Shown in pieces: positions 8,680 through 16,776 of a stretch of DNA of 32,000 bases. Position numbers and translations under genes: made by a program. The stretch is from Telmatocola sphagniphila. GTDB taxonomy: Bacteria; Planctomycetota; Planctomycetia; Gemmatales; Gemmataceae. The number at the start of each line of letters is the position of its first letter. Positions within the stretch are counted from its first letter, which is position 1. The DNA lies in the NCBI RefSeq assembly GCF_018398935.1, contig NZ_CP074694.1:5070001-5102000 (forward strand), written 5' to 3'. Below the pieces are notes generated by a model that was not told the DNA's origin, made no database searches, and was given only the letters and a program-made list of their open reading frames with translations.

Positions 8680-9738
8680 ATGCGTTCTATCAAACGTGGG
8701 GCTTTCACGCTCATCGAACTGCTGGTGGTGATCGCCATCATCGCGGTTCTCATCGGCCTTTTGTTACCGGCCGTGCAAAAAGTCCGGGAGGCCGCTTCCC
8801 GGATGCAGTGTTCCAACCATTTGAAGCAAATCGGGCTGGCTTTTCACAACTACGCCAGCGTCAACGGGACATTACCGCGCGGCGGTCGCGATGGTCGACC
8901 GTCCGGCCAGCCGACTCAGAACTGCTGCAACTGGACGGATAATAACCAGGCGAAATCCAACGCGGCCGGCGTCAAGGATGATCGGGACGGCTACAGCTGG
9001 CGCTACTGGATCCTGCCGTACATTGAGCAGGATAATGTTTACAACGCGATCGAGCGTGCAACGGTATACAACGCGGCGATCAAAATCTACTATTGCCCCT
9101 CCCGTCGGGACGCCGAGTCCTACAGCGGTTCGGCCCGCTGCGACTACAACGGGAACGCCGGATCCTATTTCTCCAACGGCACCCCCACCGACGACTCCGC
9201 CGGTTCGAGCGGCAACGGCAGTCCGGCTGTGACGGAAACCAATACTTTCGATGGCGTGGTGCTTCGATCCAACGTCGCTCCGGTGGCCTTAAACCGCATC
9301 AGCGATGGAACTTCCAATACACTGCTGGTCGCCGAGAAGTGGCTCCATCCGCTGCGGGTGGCAACAGCGGCCGCCTCCGGCAACGATGGGGGCGATAACG
9401 AAGTCTGGTGTAATGCGGGTTGGGATGAATGCATTGTTCGCGTCGGTGCAGGCACTTATAGCTATCTCTACAACGGCGGCCAACCCGCCGGACCCGGCTC
9501 CACGACTCGTACCATTCCCCGGACTCCTCGGCCCGACATCGAAGCCCCTTGCGTGGTCGATGCCGCGGGCAAACCCGTAACCATCTGGAACCAACAATTC
9601 GGCGGACCGCACCCCGGCGGCGTTAACACGGTCTTTTGCGATGGATCGGTGCGTACCGTGACGTTCAGCGTGGATGCCGCGACCTGGGCCGCTGCCTGCA
9701 CGCGTAACGGCAATGAAACGTTGTCCATCAACAACTAA
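8680..9738 (+). CDS. DUF1559-family protein with a prepilin-type N-terminal cleavage/methylation leader
   Basis: [58 protein letters not shown] is the classical [10 protein letters not shown] pseudopilin leader followed by the DUF1559 signature. The C-terminal part contains ...FCDGSVR.... I use ATG 8680 (GGAG about 10 nt upstream) rather than the track start at 8569, which adds 37 non-pilin residues. Confidence 0.9.
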   Translation: MRSIKRGAFTLIELLVVIAIIAVLIGLLLPAVQKVREAASRMQCSNHLKQIGLAFHNYASVNGTLPRGGRDGRPSGQPTQNCCNWTDNNQAKSNAAGVKDDRDGYSWRYWILPYIEQDNVYNAIERATVYNAAIKIYYCPSRRDAESYSGSARCDYNGNAGSYFSNGTPTDDSAGSSGNGSPAVTETNTFDGVVLRSNVAPVALNRISDGTSNTLLVAEKWLHPLRVATAAASGNDGGDNEVWCNAGWDECIVRVGAGTYSYLYNGGQPAGPGSTTRTIPRTPRPDIEAPCVVDAAGKPVTIWNQQFGGPHPGGVNTVFCDGSVRTVTFSVDAATWAAACTRNGNETLSINN

Positions 9739-9757
9739 ACTCTGGGCGGAGAAAACT

Positions 9758-9937
9758 TTGAATAAATGGCTATTGGTGATTTTTCTGTGCGGAATTCCGC
9801 TGGCTGCAGGCTGCGGGGGCGCCAAGGAAGAGAAAAGATCGGCCCAGGATCTGGAAGCTTTACAGAATAAGGATCAGGCGTCCGTGGACGAAGCCGAGAG
9901 GCGACTGGAGCGTCCCGGCGAGAAGCGCAAACGCTAG
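9758..9937 (+). CDS. 59-aa mini-lipoprotein with a charged, probably disordered tail
   Basis: TTG start 6 nt after GGAG (9748..9751). It reads M-NKWLLVIFLCGIPLAAGCGGAKEEKRSAQDLEALQNKDQASVDEAERRLERPGEKRKR, a short signal peptide with lipobox LAAGC. The track ORF 9674..9937 is in the same frame but overlaps the DUF1559 gene. An ATG at 9713 is an alternative start. Confidence 0.55.
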   Translation: MNKWLLVIFLCGIPLAAGCGGAKEEKRSAQDLEALQNKDQASVDEAERRLERPGEKRKR

Positions 9938-9943
9938 TTGAGT

Positions 9944-10420
9944 CTACTTGTCGTCCCGGTTCGGATCGAACGCGGGACTATTGGGATCGTCATCCCGGGG
10001 TACGCCGGTCTTTTCACCGGCTCCCCCATCCGGCAGTTCAATTTCAATCTGATTCCGCGTTTCCTCCACCGTCAACCTGACTTTCGATTCGATTTGAGTT
10101 CCGGTGACTGCGCCATTGCCGCCCGGATGATAAATCAGCTTGTATTTGCCTTTGGGCAAGCCCGGATAGAAGATCACCGGAGTATCTTTGAGCCGGCTGG
10201 TCCGCGCTTCGTAGGTGCCATCCGGATTGACTGATGCATCGAAGATGCAACCGCCACGGCCTCCCTCCTCGGCCACGAACAGGAGTCCGCCGCCGGTTAC
10301 CGGCTTGCCGTTTTGAATCACTTTTCCATTCACCGGATACAAACCCGAGAGGGTCGGGCCGGAATCCTGGCATCCGGAACACAAAAAGAGAGCGGTCAGT
10401 CCCAAAAACAGTCTTCGCAT
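9944..10420 (-). CDS. Lipoprotein with a carboxypeptidase-regulatory-like (small beta-sandwich) domain
   Basis: MRRLFLGLTALFLCSGCQ is a signal peptide plus lipobox. The body (YPVNGKVIQNGKPVTGGGLLFV...NPDGTYE...GLPKGKYKLIY) has the pattern I associate with CarboxypepD_reg-like lipoproteins that often neighbour DUF1559 genes. Confidence 0.7.
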   Translation of the reverse strand: MRRLFLGLTALFLCSGCQDSGPTLSGLYPVNGKVIQNGKPVTGGGLLFVAEEGGRGGCIFDASVNPDGTYEARTSRLKDTPVIFYPGLPKGKYKLIYHPGGNGAVTGTQIESKVRLTVEETRNQIEIELPDGGAGEKTGVPRDDDPNSPAFDPNRDDK

Positions 10421-10968
10421 AAAGATTTCCTTATTTGGTTTCTGTTTTTCTATGGGTGGCGATTGGCAATTGAGTGTAGTTATTGCAAAGGCCTGGCGAA
10501 GTTTGGCGGTAGAGGGGTTTCGAGAAGCATTTGAAAGAACTCCGATCCCGCAAACGGGGAGTTTTGGGCGAAGAGTCCAGAATTTTTAAGAGGGCGGCTT
10601 TTGACCCAACGGGAGGGTTCGGGAGCTTTTGGAGCTCTCTCGCGAAAACTATTTGGCGAAATCGCAGTGAATTGAAATGGATTATTCCCAAGAAATGAGG
10701 GGGCCTTTAGGCGAAAGCGGTCTCGAGCACCGCCGCAACTCTCTTCCAGACCGAAACACCCTCACAATCGAACGACTTTCGCCGATCGGTACAAAGGCGC
10801 TAGCGTCCGCATATTTTTCAGCTTTTCGACCCTATCAAAATTTCCCATTCTTCGCAGGCGCGTCATACTGCCAGTGTACATGTCGAACGTAGGCGTCGTG
10901 TTTTCCGCGGTTCTGGATGGCCGCAGGCGATGACCACGGGCGACCCAAAGGAAACGGAGAAGATTTCC

Positions 10969-11976
10969 ATGTTTAAGCTCAGTCTGGGCAAATGTTTGTC
11001 CGCGGGTGCGCTCCTGGCTCTGGCCCCGTTCGCGGCCCAAGCCAAGGATGCATGTAGCCCCTGCACCTCGACCGTCAAAGTGTTGGAATACGTTCCGACC
11101 CAGGTACAAGAAAAGCGATGCAGCTACAAGACCGAACAGAAGGTCGAAAGCTACACCGCCTACAAGTACGAAACGGTGTCGGAAGTTAAGACCCGACAAG
11201 TGACGGTTTACCACAAGGTCACCGAACAGGTGGTCGAACCCCGCACCGTGACCGTCAAGGTTCCCGTGTGGGAAGAGCGAACTGAATTGGTGAAGAAGAC
11301 CCGCATCGAACACTACACGGAAAACGTGACCAAGTGCGTCGATAAAGGTCACTGGGAAACCCAGACGGTTGCCGCTGGCCCCAGCATTCTGGACCACTTG
11401 AGCAGCCTGAAGCCCAGCTTCGGCCATCTCCACAGCAAGATCGCTAGCGACAACGGTTGCAGCACGGGATGCGACAATCCTTGTGCAGCTCCTGCACCGT
11501 GTCCCACGGTTCGCACCAAGTGCGTCAAAGTATGGGTTCCCAACCTGGTTCAGGAATCTCACCCGGTCTGCAAGACCCGTCACGTAACGGAATGCGTTCC
11601 CGTGACCAAGAAGGTCTGCAGCTACAAGTGTGAGACGAAGGTTGAGCAGGTCACCGTCTGCAAGACCAAGTGCGTTCCAGAAACGAAGACCGAAAGCTAC
11701 ACGGTTTGCAAGAAGGTTTGCGTTCCTTACCAGGCTACCCGCACGGTTTGCGTGAAGGTTCCGGTCGAAGAAACCGTGACCGTGACCAAGTGCATCCCGA
11801 CTTGGGTTGAAAAGCAAGTCGCCGTTGCTCCCGCAGTTTCGGCTTGCGACGCTGGTTGCGGCAGTGCTAGCGGAATCAAGAGCTTCTTCGCTGGCCTCAA
11901 AGGCAAGCTCCACAGCATTGGTTCCTCCACGGCTTGCGGCTGTGCAGCTCCCACGACCAGCTGCGGTTGCAAATAA
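10969..11976 (+). CDS. Secreted Cys/Lys/Val/Thr-rich repeat protein, possibly related to the planctomycete YTV-repeat family
   Basis: ATG 10969 with GGAG 10 nt upstream. Signal peptide MFKLSLGKCLSAGALLALAPFAAQA|KD. The body consists of short beta-strand-like repeats (xTVxVKVPV, ESYTVCKKVCVP, RTVCVKVPVEETVTVTKCIP). The YTV assignment is from memory of the Pfam family and is unverified. Confidence 0.7.
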   Translation: MFKLSLGKCLSAGALLALAPFAAQAKDACSPCTSTVKVLEYVPTQVQEKRCSYKTEQKVESYTAYKYETVSEVKTRQVTVYHKVTEQVVEPRTVTVKVPVWEERTELVKKTRIEHYTENVTKCVDKGHWETQTVAAGPSILDHLSSLKPSFGHLHSKIASDNGCSTGCDNPCAAPAPCPTVRTKCVKVWVPNLVQESHPVCKTRHVTECVPVTKKVCSYKCETKVEQVTVCKTKCVPETKTESYTVCKKVCVPYQATRTVCVKVPVEETVTVTKCIPTWVEKQVAVAPAVSACDAGCGSASGIKSFFAGLKGKLHSIGSSTACGCAAPTTSCGCK

Positions 11977-12004
11977 TTAATACTCTCCCTCTCAAGGGCT
12001 GAGC

Positions 12005-12043
12005 GAAACCCGCGTGTGAACACCACGCGGGTTTCTTCATTTC
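12005..12043 (+). terminator. Rho-independent terminator after the repeat-protein gene
   Basis: Perfect 12-bp stem gaaacccgcgtg (12005..12016) / cacgcgggtttc (12024..12035) with a 7-nt loop, followed by ttcatttcc. A second, weaker hairpin plus T-run lies at 12081..12100 (aagcgg cgaga ccgctt ttt). Confidence 0.6.
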
Positions 12044-12132
12044 CAGAGACTTGTTTTCCGGGCACTCAGCCCGATTTTGGAAGCGGCGAGACCGCTTTTT
12101 CAAATTGCCCGAATCGAACCCACTGCTATCTG

Positions 12133-13254
12133 CTAATACCGAATTGTGACTTTGAAGCCGGCATAAGGGCCATCGCCAATATCGAGCTGATCGTGATTGC
12201 GGTCACTGTAGCTCTTACCCGTAAAGTAGAAGCGATCGTAGGCATAGCCGCCGTACATATCTAAAAACAGGTGGGAGCTGGCCTCGAAACGCAAGCCGGC
12301 CTGAACGTGCTTTTCGTAGTAAAGCAAGCGTTCCTGATTGTCGATCCGATCCGACAGATAAGCCCCTTCACTGATCCAGTCCCAACCGATGTACGCCTGC
12401 CAGTTTTTATCGAATTCCCAGGTGAGCTTCGAATGGATTGTGCGCACCGGCATATACGAAAAACTCACCACCCAGTCGTCCATGGGCCGCCAGCGCATCA
12501 TGAAGGGCAGACCGATATTCATGGAAAAGTTTTCACTGGGCACCCACTGGTAGGCCACGCCGGGTATCGGAATGTTCAATTCGCCCGTCGGGTTGTACAT
12601 CAGGCTGAAGATCCAGGCGTTGTTTTCCCCCGAAGGGACGCGCAGCATGCCCATGAATCCGAAGTTCACTTCGTGGATGGTGGCGAATGGTTTATCGCTG
12701 GCCGAACCTAAATTCGTCGAAAAGCTGGCTAACCAGCCGTTGTCGAACATGTGGCTGTAACCCAGACCCAGATGAACATTCCAGATCTGGTTGGGAAACT
12801 GCCGCATCGAATCGGGGAAAATGGGATTTCCGTTGAACCAGGTGGTACCGATACCGGTATTGAAGGTGACCTTATCCGGACCATCGATCCATAAGGGAAC
12901 GACGATCGATGTCTGCTGCCGGACAAAACCCAGATCGGCGTTCTGGCCCCGGACATTTTGATTTGGCATCCAGGTGACCCCGATGCCCGGCCCCGTCATT
13001 CCATAGATCCCGCCAAAGCCACTACCCGGTCCGCCGGTCATGCCCGCCGGTCCGAAGCCGAGGCCGCCTTTGCCGTCGAAGCCACCTTGATCGGCCAGTT
13101 GTATCGGAGGATCCACGGGAGTCTTGGTGCTTTCCAGGGCGGCCGCGGGCGGATTCTTATTCGGGATTTCGTAATCCTGCATGGGAGAGATCTGCGCCCA
13201 GGCCGGCGAAAGCCAGGCCGCGGCAGCAATCAATACAAACAGATAGCGATACAT
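12133..13254 (-). CDS. Outer-membrane beta-barrel protein with a Gly-rich N-terminal extension
   Basis: Signal peptide MYRYLFVLIAAAAWLSPAWA|QI, alternating amphipathic strands rich in aromatics, and a C-terminal ...GFKVTIRY ending in an aromatic residue, as in OMP sorting signals. Confidence 0.7.
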   Translation of the reverse strand: MYRYLFVLIAAAAWLSPAWAQISPMQDYEIPNKNPPAAALESTKTPVDPPIQLADQGGFDGKGGLGFGPAGMTGGPGSGFGGIYGMTGPGIGVTWMPNQNVRGQNADLGFVRQQTSIVVPLWIDGPDKVTFNTGIGTTWFNGNPIFPDSMRQFPNQIWNVHLGLGYSHMFDNGWLASFSTNLGSASDKPFATIHEVNFGFMGMLRVPSGENNAWIFSLMYNPTGELNIPIPGVAYQWVPSENFSMNIGLPFMMRWRPMDDWVVSFSYMPVRTIHSKLTWEFDKNWQAYIGWDWISEGAYLSDRIDNQERLLYYEKHVQAGLRFEASSHLFLDMYGGYAYDRFYFTGKSYSDRNHDQLDIGDGPYAGFKVTIRY

Positions 13255-13739
13255 ATCTTCTCGTATTCAAAGATCGGGAATCCGGAGGAGCGGTTAATAA
13301 CCGCTCGCGGGCAATGCCACAAGATCGCCTGAGCCCAAACAGGGGGAGTTTCTTGAATCAAAACGCACATTTTGGAGGGGAATTAAAATTTGGTTATTGG
13401 ACGGGGTCTTAGCTGGTCTACTTCAATTCAAGAGATGCCCCAAGCTTCCAGGTTGCCGGGTAAAAACATCTGGCTTAGGGGAAAATTCTTCATTCTCCCC
13501 AGTTCCGCAAAGACGGACTTTGGCTCCAGGCTCACCGATTTCCCGCCTGGCTCAATAAAATTCATTTCATGCAAAAAATGAAGTATGCTCAAATTACTCG
13601 CACTATTGCCGATAATCCCCTTCTGTCGTCGAGATAGAAATTTTATTTATTTGCACTCAAAAAAGTTCAAACTAGGCTTTTAGCAATATGTAAGGGTATT
13701 TTCGGAGGTGGCTGCCCACGATTATTGAGGGGTTACGCA

Positions 13740-14096
13740 ATGTCTCGCATTTCCAGCATGACGCATCTATCGAAGGACTCCTTGAATCGTTGGTATCAGC
13801 ACACCTTTACCACCAAGTACGGCATCGTTCTGATCAAGTATGAAGTGCTGCACGAGATGATCGAGGCGGCGTTTGGTCCAGGGGTGAATTCCGACAAATT
13901 GCTTCGGGATCGCGGTCCGGAAGCCCTGCCCTACATTACCAGTAAATTGGAAGTCTCGATACTCTCCCGCGATCGCAAGCATAAACAAACGGCCCATTTC
14001 GAAGCCTGGGAAGCGGCGAATCTCTTCCAGGGCGAATGGCCCTGTGACAGTACTTTTTCCTACTTATCCCAGACCGTGCGCGATCGCCGCGATTAA
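13740..14096 (+). CDS. Hypothetical protein (118 aa)
   Basis: ORF with GAGGGG 7 nt upstream of ATG 13740; the track starts it at TTG 13725. I recognise no motif. It is preceded by a roughly 480-bp intergenic region that is partly AT-rich. Confidence 0.45.
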   Translation: MSRISSMTHLSKDSLNRWYQHTFTTKYGIVLIKYEVLHEMIEAAFGPGVNSDKLLRDRGPEALPYITSKLEVSILSRDRKHKQTAHFEAWEAANLFQGEWPCDSTFSYLSQTVRDRRD

Positions 14097-14235
14097 TCTG
14101 AGCCTGTCTCCTCCCGCTTCCGCTGGATTCGCCCATTCCTTTCCCTCGTAAATTTCAGATTTTTCTCGCATTCGTTTCGTCCATTCCGGATCGTAGAAGG
14201 GGCAGGATCTTTTTTCCTCAAACCTCTTTTCTACT

Positions 14236-15135
14236 ATGAACCGACGCACTCTGCTGAAAACTTCTCTGGCCGCCGGGCTGCTGGCGGGGACACAAACGCT
14301 ACAGGGCGAGGTATTGATGAACGAGACGAAATTCAAACAATCGCTGGCTTCCTGGTGTTATTCCGGCGGCGATAAGTGGACGCTGGACCGGCTCTGCCAG
14401 ATCGCCAAGGAACTCGGCTGCAGTTCGGTGGAACTGGTCACCCCCGCCGAGTTTCCGACACTGCAGAAGCATGGGCTGAGTTGCGCGATGAGCGGTAATA
14501 CCATGCCGGGCGTCTTCAAAACGGGTTTCAACAATCTCAAATATCACGACGAACTGGTAGAACGTACCGGCAAAGTCATCGAAGCGTGTGCCGCCGCCAA
14601 GTTTCCGAACGTTATCGGCTTCATCGGCTACAAGTACCTGGAGCCGGAAGATCCCAAAAGCGGCACGATTTCCCGCGACGACGCCATCGCCAACAGCATC
14701 AAGGGTCTGAAGCGGGTGATGCCAATCGCCGAGAAGTTGGGCGTCAACGTTTGCATCGAACACCTCAACAGCCGCGATGGCAGCCATCCGATGAAAGGAC
14801 ACCCGGGCTATCAGGGGGACGACCTGGAACTCGTGGCCGAGGTGATTCGCAAAGTCGGTTCCCCGCGCTGCAAACTGTTATTCGACGTTTACCACGTGCA
14901 GATCATGCACGGCGATGTGATTCGACGGCTGGAGGAGTGCAAAGACATCCTCGGCCATATCCATACTGCCGGGAATCCGGGTCGCGGCGAACTGGATGAA
15001 AATCAGGAATTGAATTATAAGGCGATTGCGAAAAAGCTGAAGGAAATGAAGTACGATGCCTTCGTCGGGCACGAATTTCTGGCGACCAAAGACCCGCTCG
15101 AGTGTTTGAAACAAGCGGTCCAGTTATTTGCTTAA
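14236..15135 (+). CDS. Tat-signal sugar-phosphate isomerase/epimerase (xylose-isomerase-like TIM barrel, hydroxypyruvate-isomerase-like)
   Basis: Twin-arginine leader MNRRTLLKTSLAAGLLAG. TIM-barrel metal-site style motifs are present: ...VCIEHLN..., ...LFDVYHVQIMHGD..., ...HIHTAGNPGRGELD..., ...FVGHEF.... Confidence 0.75.
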   Translation: MNRRTLLKTSLAAGLLAGTQTLQGEVLMNETKFKQSLASWCYSGGDKWTLDRLCQIAKELGCSSVELVTPAEFPTLQKHGLSCAMSGNTMPGVFKTGFNNLKYHDELVERTGKVIEACAAAKFPNVIGFIGYKYLEPEDPKSGTISRDDAIANSIKGLKRVMPIAEKLGVNVCIEHLNSRDGSHPMKGHPGYQGDDLELVAEVIRKVGSPRCKLLFDVYHVQIMHGDVIRRLEECKDILGHIHTAGNPGRGELDENQELNYKAIAKKLKEMKYDAFVGHEFLATKDPLECLKQAVQLFA

Positions 15136-15174
15136 TGGAATTCGGGCGGCGGACGATTAATTCAGCTTCGTCGC

Positions 15175-16224
15175 TCAACTCTTTTTGAAAAGCCGACGAA
15201 ACACATTGGAGTCGGTCGATTTGTTAGTGGGGGCCGCTTGCAGCGGACCGTGGGAGGATTCGAGGACTTCTGCCACCGGCGGCGGAGCGACAGCGGAGGC
15301 CGGTGCGGATCCTGCCCGGGCGAGAATATCCTGGTGCCGACGCGAGAAAACGGCCATCTGCTGACGCAGGGCCGGATCGCCCCGTTGCGCCAATTCGAGT
15401 TCCTGGTTAATTTCCTGGTTCAATCGGCGAAGTTCGGTTTCCTGGCGGGCCATCACGGCTCGTTCCTTGGCCATGGAAACTTCCATCTCGCGCATCTGGC
15501 GCTCGAGATCCTGCTCATCGAGTTTCATCTGCCGACGGTCGGCATCGAGATCGCGCCGCAATTGAATGATCTTGGCGTTTTCTCGTTCCAGTTCGTCGGC
15601 CCATTCCTCAAGCTCATCGGCGTTTTTGTGCTTGGGAGCTTCCTGAATCGCCCGCACCTGGTCTTCGAACGATTGCAGAATTTCTTCGAGTTCCGCAATT
15701 TTAGCCGTCTTCTGTTCGAGATCGGCCTTTTGACGAACGTCGGCATCGTTGGCTTCCTGCAGCAGATGCCGCATTTCATCCAGAAGCTCGCGAAGGTCAT
15801 TGTTCTCAGCGCGAAGCGATTCGAGTTCATCTTTTTCAGAACTGGAGGGCACTTGAGATTGCTCCGGGAAAAACACATCCAGCTGCGAGGGGGATTTGGA
15901 TTTTCTCGTAGAGCCGGCGGGAGGTAATGTTCCCATGGGTCGGATCACGCTCCGAGTATTGAGTGTTTCTTCAGGGGCGGGCGTGTTATGGGAGACCGTT
16001 GGCCGGGTGGCGGCGCGCAGCACGGACAGAGTATCGGGTTCGAGGACCGGGGCGGGAGCGGGAGCCGGGGCTACGCTAGCGATTTCTTCGCCTTCACTCA
16101 AGGGCATGGTCAGACGACGGCGCAGTTCCGTAGTACTGAGCTTGTTAATATCTGTCGAAGTCGAGTTGACCATAGGGGTCGGCCTCATGCAGGTCCCGAG
16201 TAATAAATCGACACACCTTCTCAA
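15175..16224 (-). CDS. Coiled-coil protein of unknown function
   Basis: About 190 central residues are rich in E/R/K/L/Q in a heptad-like pattern (ELESLRAENNDLRELLDEMRHLLQEAN...ERQMREMEVSMAKERAVMARQETELRRLNQEINQELELAQ). The N-terminal part is Pro/Ala/Ser-rich (PAPAPAPV). The start is uncertain: TTG 16224, ATG 16188 or ATG 16173. Confidence 0.6.
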   Translation of the reverse strand: MRRCVDLLLGTCMRPTPMVNSTSTDINKLSTTELRRRLTMPLSEGEEIASVAPAPAPAPVLEPDTLSVLRAATRPTVSHNTPAPEETLNTRSVIRPMGTLPPAGSTRKSKSPSQLDVFFPEQSQVPSSSEKDELESLRAENNDLRELLDEMRHLLQEANDADVRQKADLEQKTAKIAELEEILQSFEDQVRAIQEAPKHKNADELEEWADELERENAKIIQLRRDLDADRRQMKLDEQDLERQMREMEVSMAKERAVMARQETELRRLNQEINQELELAQRGDPALRQQMAVFSRRHQDILARAGSAPASAVAPPPVAEVLESSHGPLQAAPTNKSTDSNVFRRLFKKS

Positions 16225-16391
16225 TGCTACCCATTTTAACCGACCTAAGCTTGAATCCTTTGCTTAAAATCGGCAAACAGGAGCCTCACATCCGGCAGGA
16301 TGTTTCGAAAAGGAGGATTTCGAGGATAGCTCCATCTAAACCTAATTTGCTGAACAACGATGTCAAATTAAAAGCGCTTCGACGGACGCTT

Positions 16392-16414
16392 TTCGCGCCG
16401 GGCGCGAATTTTTT
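16392..16414 (+). terminator. Canonical-looking intrinsic terminator with no upstream plus-strand gene
   Basis: 7-bp stem ttcgcgc (16392..16398) / gcgcgaa (16402..16408), 3-nt loop cgg, then six T (16409..16414). It lies in the divergent intergenic region between 16224 and 16777. Confidence 0.45.
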
Positions 16415-16776
16415 CAATGAATTTCCGATTTCTTTAGTCATTTTGGAAACGAATGGTCTAAAGGTGTCGCTAAAACCGATATCGCCCGCACATTCTTATT
16501 GAAGTTCGCAGAATACCAATTCTCCTTGACCCAAAAAATCAGCCCCCTTAAACTATAGCGGATATCGTTAGGGTAGATCGCCTTCGATTGGCCATTAATT
16601 CCGCTGCCAAAACGGGTTACCACCTGGGCAGCTCTTTGGATTATTCGCAGGAACTGCAAATCTCTTATTCAAAATGCCTTAAACCGGACGCTCTCCCGAT
16701 TCCCAGTGCCAGGATCGCTTCCCTGGTGATGGTCTCTTTCAATGTGAACGTCCGCTAATTTTTGGGGAACCTCTTC

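Noticed and set aside
10421-10968. Possible structured RNA in the 550-bp gap before the repeat-protein gene, for example the hairpin aactc..cccg caaa cggg gagtt near 10540..10566
   Set aside because: There is only one short, imperfect stem, no convincing T-tract and no second conserved copy to compare. The evidence is too weak to report as a feature.
10762-11913. 383-aa minus-strand ORF covering the repeat-protein gene
   Set aside because: It has no signal or motif and a low-complexity A/L/G/N/R-rich composition typical of an antisense frame. The plus-strand ORF has an SD-like site, a clean signal peptide and a downstream terminator.
13390-13581. 63-aa plus-strand ORF in the 13.3-13.7 kb gap
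   Set aside because: It has a TTG start, no SD and no recognisable features. The evidence is insufficient.
16224-16659. ORFs in the 16.2-16.8 kb intergenic region (16224..16502 plus, 16438..16659 minus)
   Set aside because: They have no ribosome-binding sites or motifs, and the plus-strand ORF reads through a terminator-like hairpin. The region is kept as non-coding with possible RNA elements.
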